Below are positions 55,255 to 64,000 of a stretch of 64,000 bases of DNA, piece by piece. The stretch's first letter is position 1. Each line of letters begins with the position of its first letter. The DNA is from Blastocladiella emersonii ATCC 22665. Its lineage: Eukaryota > Fungi > Blastocladiomycota. The notes under the pieces were generated by a model. That model saw nothing but the letters and a program-made list of their open reading frames with translations. It searched no databases and was not told where the DNA came from. A program made the translations under genes and the position numbers. The stretch spans positions 124,001 through 188,000 of the forward strand of contig JANHCV010000010.1 of assembly GCA_025594325.1 (NCBI GenBank), given 5' to 3'.

Positions 55255-57378
55255 CTAGTGCACCTTGCACGCGTGCCCGGCCATCCACGGCAGCTCGCCG
55301 TCAGCGACCGAGGACCGGTTGCGGCACTCGCAGTACTCGTTGGTGAGCGACTGGAGCTGGTCGTGGATCCGCTCCACTTCGAACTTGAGCGGGCCGGCCA
55401 AGGCGCCACGCCCGCGCAGCTTCTCGAGCTCCGTGAACACGGTCGGGTGCACGGCGCGCACGTACGCCTCGCGCGGGACCGCGAGCAGCAGCACCGTCGC
55501 GGCGACCGCGCCCATGTCGGCACCGCCCGCCACGTGCGTTAGCGACGCCGGCACGGGCGACCGCGCGGCACCCCACTTGCGCAGGCGCGCGGGTCCGGTG
55601 CTCCCGACGAGCGGGGACGAGCGGCGGAGCGACGCGGCCGCGGCAGAGGGAGCGGCCGTCGCGTCGGTGAGCGTGAGGAGCGCCGCCGACACTGCGCTGG
55701 GACCCGAAAGCGACGATGAGGACGCGCGGCCGAGAATGTGTGCGACGACGAGGTACAGCGGGTGGCGGAGGACCTGGTCGATGAGGAACCGCAGGCGCGT
55801 GGCGTGGGCGATGCGGATCTGCTCGTTCTCGGCGACGGGTAGCGTGCGGTCGATCCCGGGCTCGGCGAACGCAATGTCGAAGGTGGGCGGCAGCGCACCG
55901 AGGATGCGCTCGATCAGCGCCTCGGTGGCCGCGGTACGCGACCGCGCGTCGCCTTCGCGCAGCGGCGACTGCAGCGACGGCACGGCGCGAACCGCGCGCG
56001 GGACGTGCGAGCAGAAGACGCGCGCCACGCGGACCCACGCCGTGTCGCGCGCGTCCGTGTTGCGCACCTGGCACAGCGGGACCGCGGGCGCGAGGTCGAG
56101 GCGCGAGTCGGGAACAGCGAGCGGCGGGAGCGTCGCTGTGGTCTCGACGGCGGCCGCAGCGTCGACGGGGGCGCTCGGCGGCGAGGACACGCGGAGCGGC
56201 GAGGCAGGCACGGGTGCGGGCGTCGGCCGAGCGAGCGTGGCGAGGTCCTCGGGGATCCCAATGGGGTCGTCGCGGCGTTGCAGCAAAAAGTAGCCGCGCG
56301 GGAGGCCCGTCTCCTTGTCGACGAGCTGGAGCGACTGGTAGAGCAGCTCGACGTCGGCAAAGTAGGACGGGTACTTGAAGCGGGCCGTGTCGAGGATGAG
56401 GGCCTTGTTGGATCCGGCGTGGTATGCGGTGATGGGCGAGAAGTGGCCGTCGCCCGTCTGGCCGAGGGCCTTGCGGGAGAAGGAGACGACCATGTGGGTG
56501 TCGGTCGGGAAGCCGTTGGAGCACGAGGCGCGCAGGTCGGCGACAAACTCGTCGAGGGAGACCTGGTCGGCCTGCTTGGCGATGACCGAGAGCCCGTTGC
56601 ACTTGGCCATGCACGAGAACTCGCGGAAGGTGATGCCCTTCTTCTTGATCACGTCGAGCGGCGCGCAGCACTCGAGCATCTCGTCCGAGTACCACCGCCA
56701 CCCGCCCTTCCACCGCTTCTTGGGGTCCACCTCGAGCGCGTTGAGTACCATGGCGAGCGACCCGAGCCCACAGTACGCCGGTTCGCTCTGCGTGGTGAAG
56801 GTGCCAGCGAGCGCAAAGTAGTTTTCGGCGAACCCCTCGGCGAGCGACTCCTTGAACAGCCGCTTGCCCTCGGGCGACGTAAAGGCGACGAGGTGCTCGG
56901 GCAGCGGGCGCCGGTAGAAGGTCGAGTTGAGAAGCTGCGACTGCTCCGTCTGCGCGTCGCGCGTGCGCGCCACCGCCGCCGCGAGGTGCGCCTGCACGCG
57001 GACCGCCGGCTGCGCGCAGCTCGAGGCCGCGGCGGCGGCAGCGGCGACCGCGGCCGAAGCGACCGCCGACGCGGGTGGCGGCATCGTCGTCGTCGGGCCA
57101 CGCCCGCCGCACCCGCCGGTCAGGGTATCGGAGCCGCACGACGTGCAGGTCGCCATTCCGCGGATGGGCGACGGCGAGATGGGCGACGGCGGGAGCGGAA
57201 CCTCGGTGCCGCGGGCGAGCGAGTGGATCGAGCACTGGCCGAGGGCGGGACGCTGGCGCTGCTGGCCGAGGATCGACGCCGTCGTCATGAGCGGCGACAC
57301 GGAAGCCGGTCCATGGCGCGAGGCGACCGAGCGGGCCGCTGCCGTCGATGCGCGCAGGAGCAGCGTGGAGAGATGCAT
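55255..57378 (-). CDS. PCS1: Phytochelatin synthase (glutathione gamma-glutamylcysteinyltransferase), intronless, with N-terminal extension
   Basis: QSEPAYCGLGSLAMVLNAL.VDP...WKGGWRWYSDEMLECC, GHFSPI, LILDTARFKY: catalytic Cys/His/Asp present. Confidence 0.95.
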   Translation of the reverse strand: MHLSTLLLRASTAAARSVASRHGPASVSPLMTTASILGQQRQRPALGQCSIHSLARGTEVPLPPSPISPSPIRGMATCTSCGSDTLTGGCGGRGPTTTMPPPASAVASAAVAAAAAAASSCAQPAVRVQAHLAAAVARTRDAQTEQSQLLNSTFYRRPLPEHLVAFTSPEGKRLFKESLAEGFAENYFALAGTFTTQSEPAYCGLGSLAMVLNALEVDPKKRWKGGWRWYSDEMLECCAPLDVIKKKGITFREFSCMAKCNGLSVIAKQADQVSLDEFVADLRASCSNGFPTDTHMVVSFSRKALGQTGDGHFSPITAYHAGSNKALILDTARFKYPSYFADVELLYQSLQLVDKETGLPRGYFLLQRRDDPIGIPEDLATLARPTPAPVPASPLRVSSPPSAPVDAAAAVETTATLPPLAVPDSRLDLAPAVPLCQVRNTDARDTAWVRVARVFCSHVPRAVRAVPSLQSPLREGDARSRTAATEALIERILGALPPTFDIAFAEPGIDRTLPVAENEQIRIAHATRLRFLIDQVLRHPLYLVVAHILGRASSSSLSGPSAVSAALLTLTDATAAPSAAAASLRRSSPLVGSTGPARLRKWGAARSPVPASLTHVAGGADMGAVAATVLLLAVPREAYVRAVHPTVFTELEKLRGRGALAGPLKFEVERIHDQLQSLTNEYCECRNRSSVADGELPWMAGHACKVH

Positions 57379-57761
57379 GGTGTGAGTGCTGCGTTGGATG
57401 CGGGAGCGGAGAGAGGAGGCGGAGCCGGCGCAGTCGAGGCGGCCCACGCGCGGTCTTGAACGGGTCGCGGACCTTGACGTCGACGTGAAGGTGAAGCTGG
57501 AATCCGATGATGGCGGCCGATAGCGAGCTGCCGTGAAGGCAACCCGGCATCGGATAAGCGAAGCTGTCTCACGCATCAGGTGGCTGTCACGCTGTCCGCC
57601 TCCAGCTCAAAAAACGTGACTGCTGCGAGACGCGTTTCCCTCGCCAAAGACGAGGGAGGTAAAAGTCAGATAAGTAGAAAGACACAAGAGTAGAGAGCAA
57701 GAATACCGATCTAGTGCACACAACCCACAAAAACAATCATCTCCTCCAGTCCGCAACGCGC

Positions 57762-59551
57762 TCAGAACAGCAGCTTCTTGCCAGCCTTGGGCGCGGGCTC
57801 GGGCGCGTTGGCGTTGTTGACGGCGAGCACGATGTAGAAGATCCACGTCCCGAGCAGCGCCAGGACGAACAGCACCGCGGGGCCCGCGCGCGTGAGCTTG
57901 AGCTTGCCGCCCGTCATGTTGTCGCCCGCCGCCGCCGCCTGGTCCTCGTCGGCCTTCTTGGCCGCCATGAAGCCCTCGCGCTCCTTGTTGTTCTTCTGCA
58001 GCAGCCCGTCGTACTTGGTGCGGTCGACCCACCACCAGACGACGTTGATCACGAATGCCGCGACCGCGATCGCCGTGAACATGACCATGACACCAAAGTA
58101 AGAGTCCTTCTTCTTGCTCCCGTCCTGGAGCACCCCGACGAGGTTGTCGAACGTGGCCGTCGCGACCGCGTTGAGACACTTGTACACGGCAAACGCGGTG
58201 CCGAGCCACGCGTCGGGGACCAGGATCGGGATCGCAACGAGCGACGCCAGCGCCTTGAACGGGATCGTGAACGCGAACAGCACCATGAGGAACGTCGAGT
58301 CCATGTGCGTCCAGTTCATGGCCACGAAGAAGAAGATGAGCAGCGCGTTCGACAGCAGCGAGAACGACAGCCGGTGCCCGAACCGGTCGACGAACGGGCC
58401 CATGAACGGGTACACGGCCGCCGTCACGGCGAGCGAAATCACACTTTTGTAATTGGCCGAAACGAGGTCCTTCTTGTCGCGCTGCGTGAGGAAGTCGGGT
58501 GAGATGCCGAGGTACGAGTTCATGAGGCCCGACGAGAGCAGGTGCACGCACGACAGGATCCAGAACAGGCCCTGGAAGTGGAACAGCGCCTTGGGCGTGA
58601 AGGCCTTGCGCTTCTTGGCCTCGGCCTTCTGGTCCGTCGACAGAACGAACCGCTCGGTGCGCTTGAGGACCAGCACGTACGCGATGTTGAACAGGATCGA
58701 GCCCACGCTGACGGCCACGGTAATCCACGAACCGAACCAGAAGGGGCGGTTCGGCGTCGCGGAACCGAGGACCCACTGCCCGATCGACGACCCGAGACGG
58801 TTGACCGTGAGCAGCGCGGCCATGGCCGTCGCCAGCTCCTTGCCACTGAACCACTTGGAGATGATTAGCTGCTGGATAACGTTAACTGCCCCAGCTCCGG
58901 CCCCGTATACCACGCGCCCTCCTGCGAGCAAACCAAACGAGTTGAAGGTGACGCCAGCCGCGACACCCACGTTGCCGATCGTGACGAGAACCGTGGTCAC
59001 GAGCGAGCCCCAACCCGTGCCGTAAAAGTCAAAAAGGAACCCGGCGGCGAGCGGCAGGATCGTCTGCAGGATGTTGTCCGACGACTGCGTGAGCGCAATC
59101 TGCGTGTTGGTGAGCTTGAGCTCCTAGAGACATGCGAGCGAGGGTGAGGGTTAGCTTCGTCGAAGTTCATCGGGCGCTACTCGTTTGCCACCGCCAGGTC
59201 AGCCGGCGCGCAACTGGCCACAGCGCTTGTGATCGAGGAACGAGCGGAGCCGCTCATCCGCACAACCGTCGCTGGTGCCACGCGCGCTCGTCTCCCAGAT
59301 TGGGCGCGCGGAATCTAGGGCCGCCACAACGGGCGACAGGGACAGGGACAGGAGAGCTCGAGACGCACCTTCTTGAGCGGGGTCTTAAGGGCCGAGAACG
59401 AGACACCAGCAAAGTGCGAGGCGAACCCGATCATGGCGGCACAGAGCACGACCAGGAGCTTGGTCTTGATGGGCGAGTCGGTGAGCTCGGCGACGCGGCC
59501 GGGCGCCGGCGCCTTCTCGGCGGGCTTCTCGTCGAGCGAAGGCTTGGGCAT
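57762..59551 (-). CDS. Major facilitator superfamily transporter, MFSD1-like; exons 59551-59369, 59123-57762
   Basis: About 12 TM; SALKTPLKKELKL, AGFLFDFYG, GGRVVYGAG, ISKWFSGKELATAMA, MGPFVDRFGHR, LGTAFAVYK. Confidence 0.85.
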
Positions 59552-60705
59552 GGTGAAGATCGTGGCACCGACAGGGATCGGGCACACGGCTAGGATGGGC
59601 GGGCGGAGAAGGAGAGAAAGAGAGAGGGCGCCGCCGCTGCTTCTTGTAGGGCCAAGGGATCAGCGAAACGCCGCCACCGCCGATGTCGTCGGTTGTTGAT
59701 GTGCCTCGCCCCAGTCGATGGCCGGCCTTGTGTCGGGGATAGCTCGAGCTTGGCACACCTGCCCATTCGGTGGTTTGCAAGTTTTGCCTTGTTTCACACG
59801 AACCCTCGGCCGCACCGATCATATAAGGGCGGGCGGGTGCGGTGCGCCTGCGTCTCGTTGAGCACCAGTTTCCTCCATCGCGATGTCCTCACTCTCACAA
59901 TGAACTTCGCGTCTTGGTTTGACCATGGCCATGACCATGGCCTTCGCGCTCACGGTCAGGGCGAAGCCGCGTCTTGATGGCCAAGAAGATGGACCGCGAG
60001 GCCATGGGCGTCGCGGGCGTCGCGGGCGTTTCTCGGCTGTGTCTGGCCCCGACGCCGAAACAGCCGCGAGTGCCCAATGAGCTTCTGCGGTGAGCGCCAC
60101 GCGATGGGAGGGTTCCTTCTGGAAGTCGCCGCCGGCCAGGCTGCCCCGCAACTGATCCCCGCGAACGCGCTCCAGCGAGACCGAAAATCACGCATCGCCA
60201 CTTTTGAGGATCGAGGATTCGTGATGGTCAAGGTTCACAATTAAGGTGGTTCCCGACGTTATCGCGAATCATCAGTTTCCAGCGAGTCGGCGCCGCGAGC
60301 GCTCGGATGCCGAGCCTCGCTGACGGGCGCTCGGTTCCACGACGACGCCGACTTCGCTCTCGTGTGACACATCGTGCCAAGGATGATGCCGTGATACCGC
60401 GAGACGCGTCTCTGTCTCGCACGGCGTGGCCACACGTGTGGCGCCACTCACGTGGGCTTGACGCAAGCGTTGCGTGCTCCCGATCGCGCGCTTCGGCAGG
60501 GACCGCCGCCGGCGATCGGAAGTGGGACCCCGCTCGCCGACGCTCCTTTTCGCTCGCCCGCCCGCTCTCTACTCTCTCTCCCCCAAGGCCGACCCTCTCA
60601 AGCAAAGAAACCCGCCCAGTATGGCTCAGGCAGCAGGAAACCACTCCATTCGGCGGCATTCTGACCCACCCCCGCGTGTCTCTCTAGCACCTCCCTTGCA
60701 ACACC

Positions 60706-61425
60706 ATGGACTCTGCCGACGAGCGCACGCCGATCCTCCCGCAGTCGCACGCCGCCACGGCGCCCGAGCCGGCGGCACGGACGCTTCTCAAGTCCGCGCC
60801 GGTCCACGCCGCGTCCATCACCATCGTCTCGCTCTCGCTCGCCTTCATCGCCGGTACCGTCGCCTACCTGCAGCTCAAGGACGGTTTCTCGCTCTTCGCG
60901 CTGCACCCGATCTTCATGACCCTCGCCGTTCTCCTCGGCGGCTCGGCCATCGCGGCCGCGCAGGTCCACCGGAGCCTCGTGACCAAGCCGCTGTTCACGG
61001 TCGGCTCGGTCGCCGTCAAGGTCCCGCAGGGCACGCACACCGTGCTCGCTGCTGCCGCCGTCGCGTCGGCCATCGCCGGCCTCGTCATCATGGTCGTCGT
61101 CAAGAACGAGGGCGGCGAGGCGCACTTCGAGTCGACGCACGCGATCCTCGGCCTGTCAACCATCGTCGCCGCCGGCCTGCAGGCCGTGTTCGGCGCGACC
61201 GCCAAGTACGCCCCGCGCGCCTTCGGCGGCGCCCTGGCGGCCCGCAAGGCCCTGCGCCGCTACCACCGCACCTTCGGCTACGCGGTCCTCGGCGGGTTCG
61301 CGACCACGCTGTTGTACGGCATCGACTACCTCGGCCTCGCCGACGACAAGCCCAAGCTCGACGCTGCACTCCGCGTCGCGGTCGTCGGCGCCGTCCTGGT
61401 CACGGTCGCCCGCGCACTCGTCTGA
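60706..61425 (+). CDS. Cytochrome b561 / ferric reductase-like transmembrane protein (CYB561D-like)
   Basis: Four heme-ligand His in context: LHPIFM, THTVL, STHAILG, YHRTFG; probable 5'UTR intron 60619-60688. Confidence 0.8.
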   Translation: MDSADERTPILPQSHAATAPEPAARTLLKSAPVHAASITIVSLSLAFIAGTVAYLQLKDGFSLFALHPIFMTLAVLLGGSAIAAAQVHRSLVTKPLFTVGSVAVKVPQGTHTVLAAAAVASAIAGLVIMVVVKNEGGEAHFESTHAILGLSTIVAAGLQAVFGATAKYAPRAFGGALAARKALRRYHRTFGYAVLGGFATTLLYGIDYLGLADDKPKLDAALRVAVVGAVLVTVARALV

Positions 61426-61718
61426 GGCTCTTCCCTCTCATTATCCCCACAAAGAAGTGTGTAAATACAGATTCCCTACTCGTTGCTTGCAAGGATCGTG
61501 CTCAATTCGCGCAAGCGCGTCGGAGCAGCACGATATCCATGCGGAGGCACGGGCCTGCGCTCCTGAACAAACGAGCTTGCTGCTTCAAAGTCGGCCGTTT
61601 GTGCCCGTGGTTTAGACGGGAGCGAACACAAAATTCACTGATATTAGATTACAACCGACGACCGCGTTCAATGAGAGCGGTGTGGAGAGCTTGAGGGCAC
61701 AGTAACTTGCTTGAAAAA

Positions 61719-63518
61719 TCAAGGTTCAAGGGGAGGAAGGTTTGCAATGTTCATGAGAAGGGGGAAAAGGCCTTCGAGCTCGTTGACGTTGATGGGAGGA
61801 ATATCTTCGACGTTGAAGTCAAAGGCAGGAACATTGACGATGACAAGCGCCGACTCCGGCCCCACCGCTGCACGGATCGCATCCTCGCCATCGGCCGTCG
61901 CCTGGCTGGACGATAAGGTAAGGTCAACGAGGTCCCGCGGCAAGTGGGCAGCGAGAGCGCGCGCCCCATCATTTCCCAGAGCGTTCGAGCTGACGCCCAA
62001 CTTCGCGAGCGAGGGAGGAAGCGCCGGTGAGAGCGCCGCGATCGCAGAGTCGTCGAGCCGCGTGGCATTCAAGGCCAAGAGGCGAAGTCCAGGAGGCATG
62101 TGCGCGGCGAGCAGCTCGGCGCCCTGAAGACCGAGATCGGAACCTTGGAGGATGAGGGCGGTGAGCGAGCGAGGGAGGTGCGGGAGCAGCGCGTTGACTC
62201 CGTCGCGCGAAAAGCCGCGACCACCAATCGCGAGAGACTCGAGACCGGCCGCAGGGAACATGGACACGATCGAGGCGACCGTGTCGACCTCCGCCGGACC
62301 GACGTCAAAGCAGTTGACTTCAAGCTCTCGGAGCGAGTCGAAGCGGAACGAGCCGAGCCCCTGGTAGAGCTGAGGGGTCAGCTTATGCTCGGAGATGATC
62401 AGCGAAATGAGGCCCACGGCGCGAACAGGGAGTGGAGCGCCCATGACACCAACTGGAATCGTGCCGCTTTTGGTCGGCATAAATTGAACGGCGAGCTCTC
62501 GAAGCGAGCTCGGAAGACGGTAAAGCATTGAGGCGAAGCCCGCGCAGGTTAACTGGACCCCAAACAGGCGAAGCGCATGGAGAGTTGAAGGGACAAAACG
62601 CGCAAGCTTGTGGGCGGCAGCGTCGTCAAGCGGGCAGCGGGAAAGCTCGAGCTCTTTGAGCGTGGCGGGGAGATTGCCAATAAGGTACGGGAAAATTTTA
62701 AGCAGCTCGGCCGGGGCAAAGTTAAGATCCGTAAGTTTGAGTGAGGTGAGACCGCGGGTCCATGGTACAGGGGTCGGTTGAGCAGGCCGCGGGAACGGAA
62801 AGTTGCCGAACCAGTAGCAATCGACGTCGACGGCGCGCACCGTGGAGGAGAGGCGAAGTGCGAGCAGCCGCGGGAGGTCCAGCGTGCAGGAAGAAAACAG
62901 GAGAGAGCGGAGCGCCTGGCTGGGGCTCGCCATGGCAGCGTTGAGCGCGTCAATGCCAGCGATCGAAATGCGCTTGCGGTTGAGGACCAATTCCTCCGCG
63001 GTACCAGCGGCAAGATCGGTGCAGATATGGTCAAAGCCCTCGTCGACGGGAGGCAGATTGCCAGGAATGTTAACTGAGCCCCAGTCAATGCCATCATAGT
63101 GATCCAAGATGGGGAGCACGCCAAAGGCGACAAAGATATTTCTGTCAGCACCGCGCCGGTTGAGCCAGTACCGGAACTTGTTATCAAGCTTGTGAGCGCC
63201 CGAGGCAGGCCACCACTCGAGCGTCGCGAGGTGTCGCTGATCGATGGCAACATTCAGTGCTTCACGCGGGCACGCTATCGGGAGGCCAGAGGCCGCCCAC
63301 TTGTTGAGGACAACAAAGTCGCCGCGTGCGGTTGCTGCGTCGAGAGAAAGGTACGAGGAGTGCAGTAAGAGAGCACGGTCGATGCTGGGGGCGAGAGCCC
63401 GGGGCAGGACGCGCGCGTACTCGAGGAGCCCGGCCTGGTCCAAAGGATCGCCGTGCTGCGCGATGGCAAAGAAAAGAATCCGCTCGAGGACCTTAGGCAG
63501 ATGAATAGCTTCAAACAT
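61719..63518 (-). CDS. Intronless protein with ankyrin-like N-terminus (LEWW type) and RNI-like leucine-rich repeats
   Basis: AATARGDFVVLNKW..., AIDQRHLATLEWW; repeats LPATLKELELSRCPLDDAAAHKLA, LPRSLTALILQGSDLG, MPPGLRLLALNATRLDD, LPPSLAKLGVSSNALGNDGARALA. Confidence 0.8.
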   Translation of the reverse strand: MFEAIHLPKVLERILFFAIAQHGDPLDQAGLLEYARVLPRALAPSIDRALLLHSSYLSLDAATARGDFVVLNKWAASGLPIACPREALNVAIDQRHLATLEWWPASGAHKLDNKFRYWLNRRGADRNIFVAFGVLPILDHYDGIDWGSVNIPGNLPPVDEGFDHICTDLAAGTAEELVLNRKRISIAGIDALNAAMASPSQALRSLLFSSCTLDLPRLLALRLSSTVRAVDVDCYWFGNFPFPRPAQPTPVPWTRGLTSLKLTDLNFAPAELLKIFPYLIGNLPATLKELELSRCPLDDAAAHKLARFVPSTLHALRLFGVQLTCAGFASMLYRLPSSLRELAVQFMPTKSGTIPVGVMGAPLPVRAVGLISLIISEHKLTPQLYQGLGSFRFDSLRELEVNCFDVGPAEVDTVASIVSMFPAAGLESLAIGGRGFSRDGVNALLPHLPRSLTALILQGSDLGLQGAELLAAHMPPGLRLLALNATRLDDSAIAALSPALPPSLAKLGVSSNALGNDGARALAAHLPRDLVDLTLSSSQATADGEDAIRAAVGPESALVIVNVPAFDFNVEDIPPINVNELEGLFPLLMNIANLPPLEP

Positions 63519-64000
63519 GTTTCATGAGGTTACGTGGTGTTGCGGCCGAGGGGGAAGGGAGACGAGAGGAAGTGGAAGACGCGTTCAGACGCCGCCGGTG
63601 GCGGAGCTGGACACATTGAACGGCGAAGATGATCATCACCTGACTAGCCACATGATAAAGCGACGCGTCTCTCAACGCCTTGTCAGGGAGGTTTTGACCC
63701 AAAGCATTGTCCTAGAGCTTGTAAGTGTTCCATTCCAACTCGGCACCAGACCGCTTAAAATGGTGACGACGCAACCGTCCCAACCTGCCTGCCGCACTCC
63801 AGTCGAAGTCGCTGCCCAAGTCCAAGGATTTGGCTCCTCTCCAGCGTGATCACAGCAGCGTGTTCCCAGTTATCGACATGCGCTGGTGCGCGACCTCCTC
63901 GACACTTGATATGGCGAACGAGGGCGGCAAGATTGGCGTCCTGGACTGGCTCAGTGATAAACCGCCTCAAGCTGCTCCCATGTACACATGGGTAACTATT

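Noticed and set aside
55301-57550. 749-aa minus and 484-aa plus ORFs overlapping PCS
   Set aside because: Off-frame and antisense shadows of the phytochelatin synthase CDS
63968-63983. Small inverted repeat CCCATGT-AC-ACATGGG
   Set aside because: 7-bp stem, expected by chance; no supporting context
63755-64000. Short minus-strand ORF at the window end
   Set aside because: May be the 3' end of an upstream gene, but there is too little sequence and no recognisable motif
1-64000. Selenoprotein or PTS1 read-through signals
   Set aside because: No conserved in-frame TGA at a catalytic position and no TGA-CTA read-through context with an SKL-type extension at the stops I checked

Overview
GC-rich, gene-dense eukaryotic nuclear DNA with short spliceosomal introns (mostly 55-75 nt; GTACGY/GTGCGY donors, GCTGAC/CTAAC/CTCAC branch points). 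Fungal-type housekeeping genes sit beside centriole/flagellar genes (B9D2, CCDC57-like, CXorf65/C22orf15-like), which points to a zoosporic fungus, most plausibly Blastocladiomycota (inference, not proven). I can support about 27 protein-coding loci, one tRNA-Arg(CCT), one decayed ankyrin-like/LRR paralog and several local repeats. No rRNA, CRISPR array or recognisable transposase was seen. Most long ORFs in the supplied track are antisense or off-frame shadows caused by high GC. The most interesting observations are: (1) a GPCR with a bacterial-type betaine/ABC substrate-binding ectodomain, a class C 7TM and a possible PH-like tail, lying next to a giant multi-PAS TmcB-like membrane sensor; (2) a 23-bp composite upstream element shared by unrelated intronless, duplicated genes, with a GAGACGCGT core recurring in intergenic DNA; (3) a tandem PPR-like pair with a homogenised 5' end, a shifted start codon and a conserved in-frame tail behind a stop; (4) a uridine-kinase pseudoenzyme candidate; (5) a 4-nt micro-exon in MPC1; (6) a phytochelatin synthase with a mitochondrial-type presequence. 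All protein assignments come from recognising motifs by eye, not from database searches.
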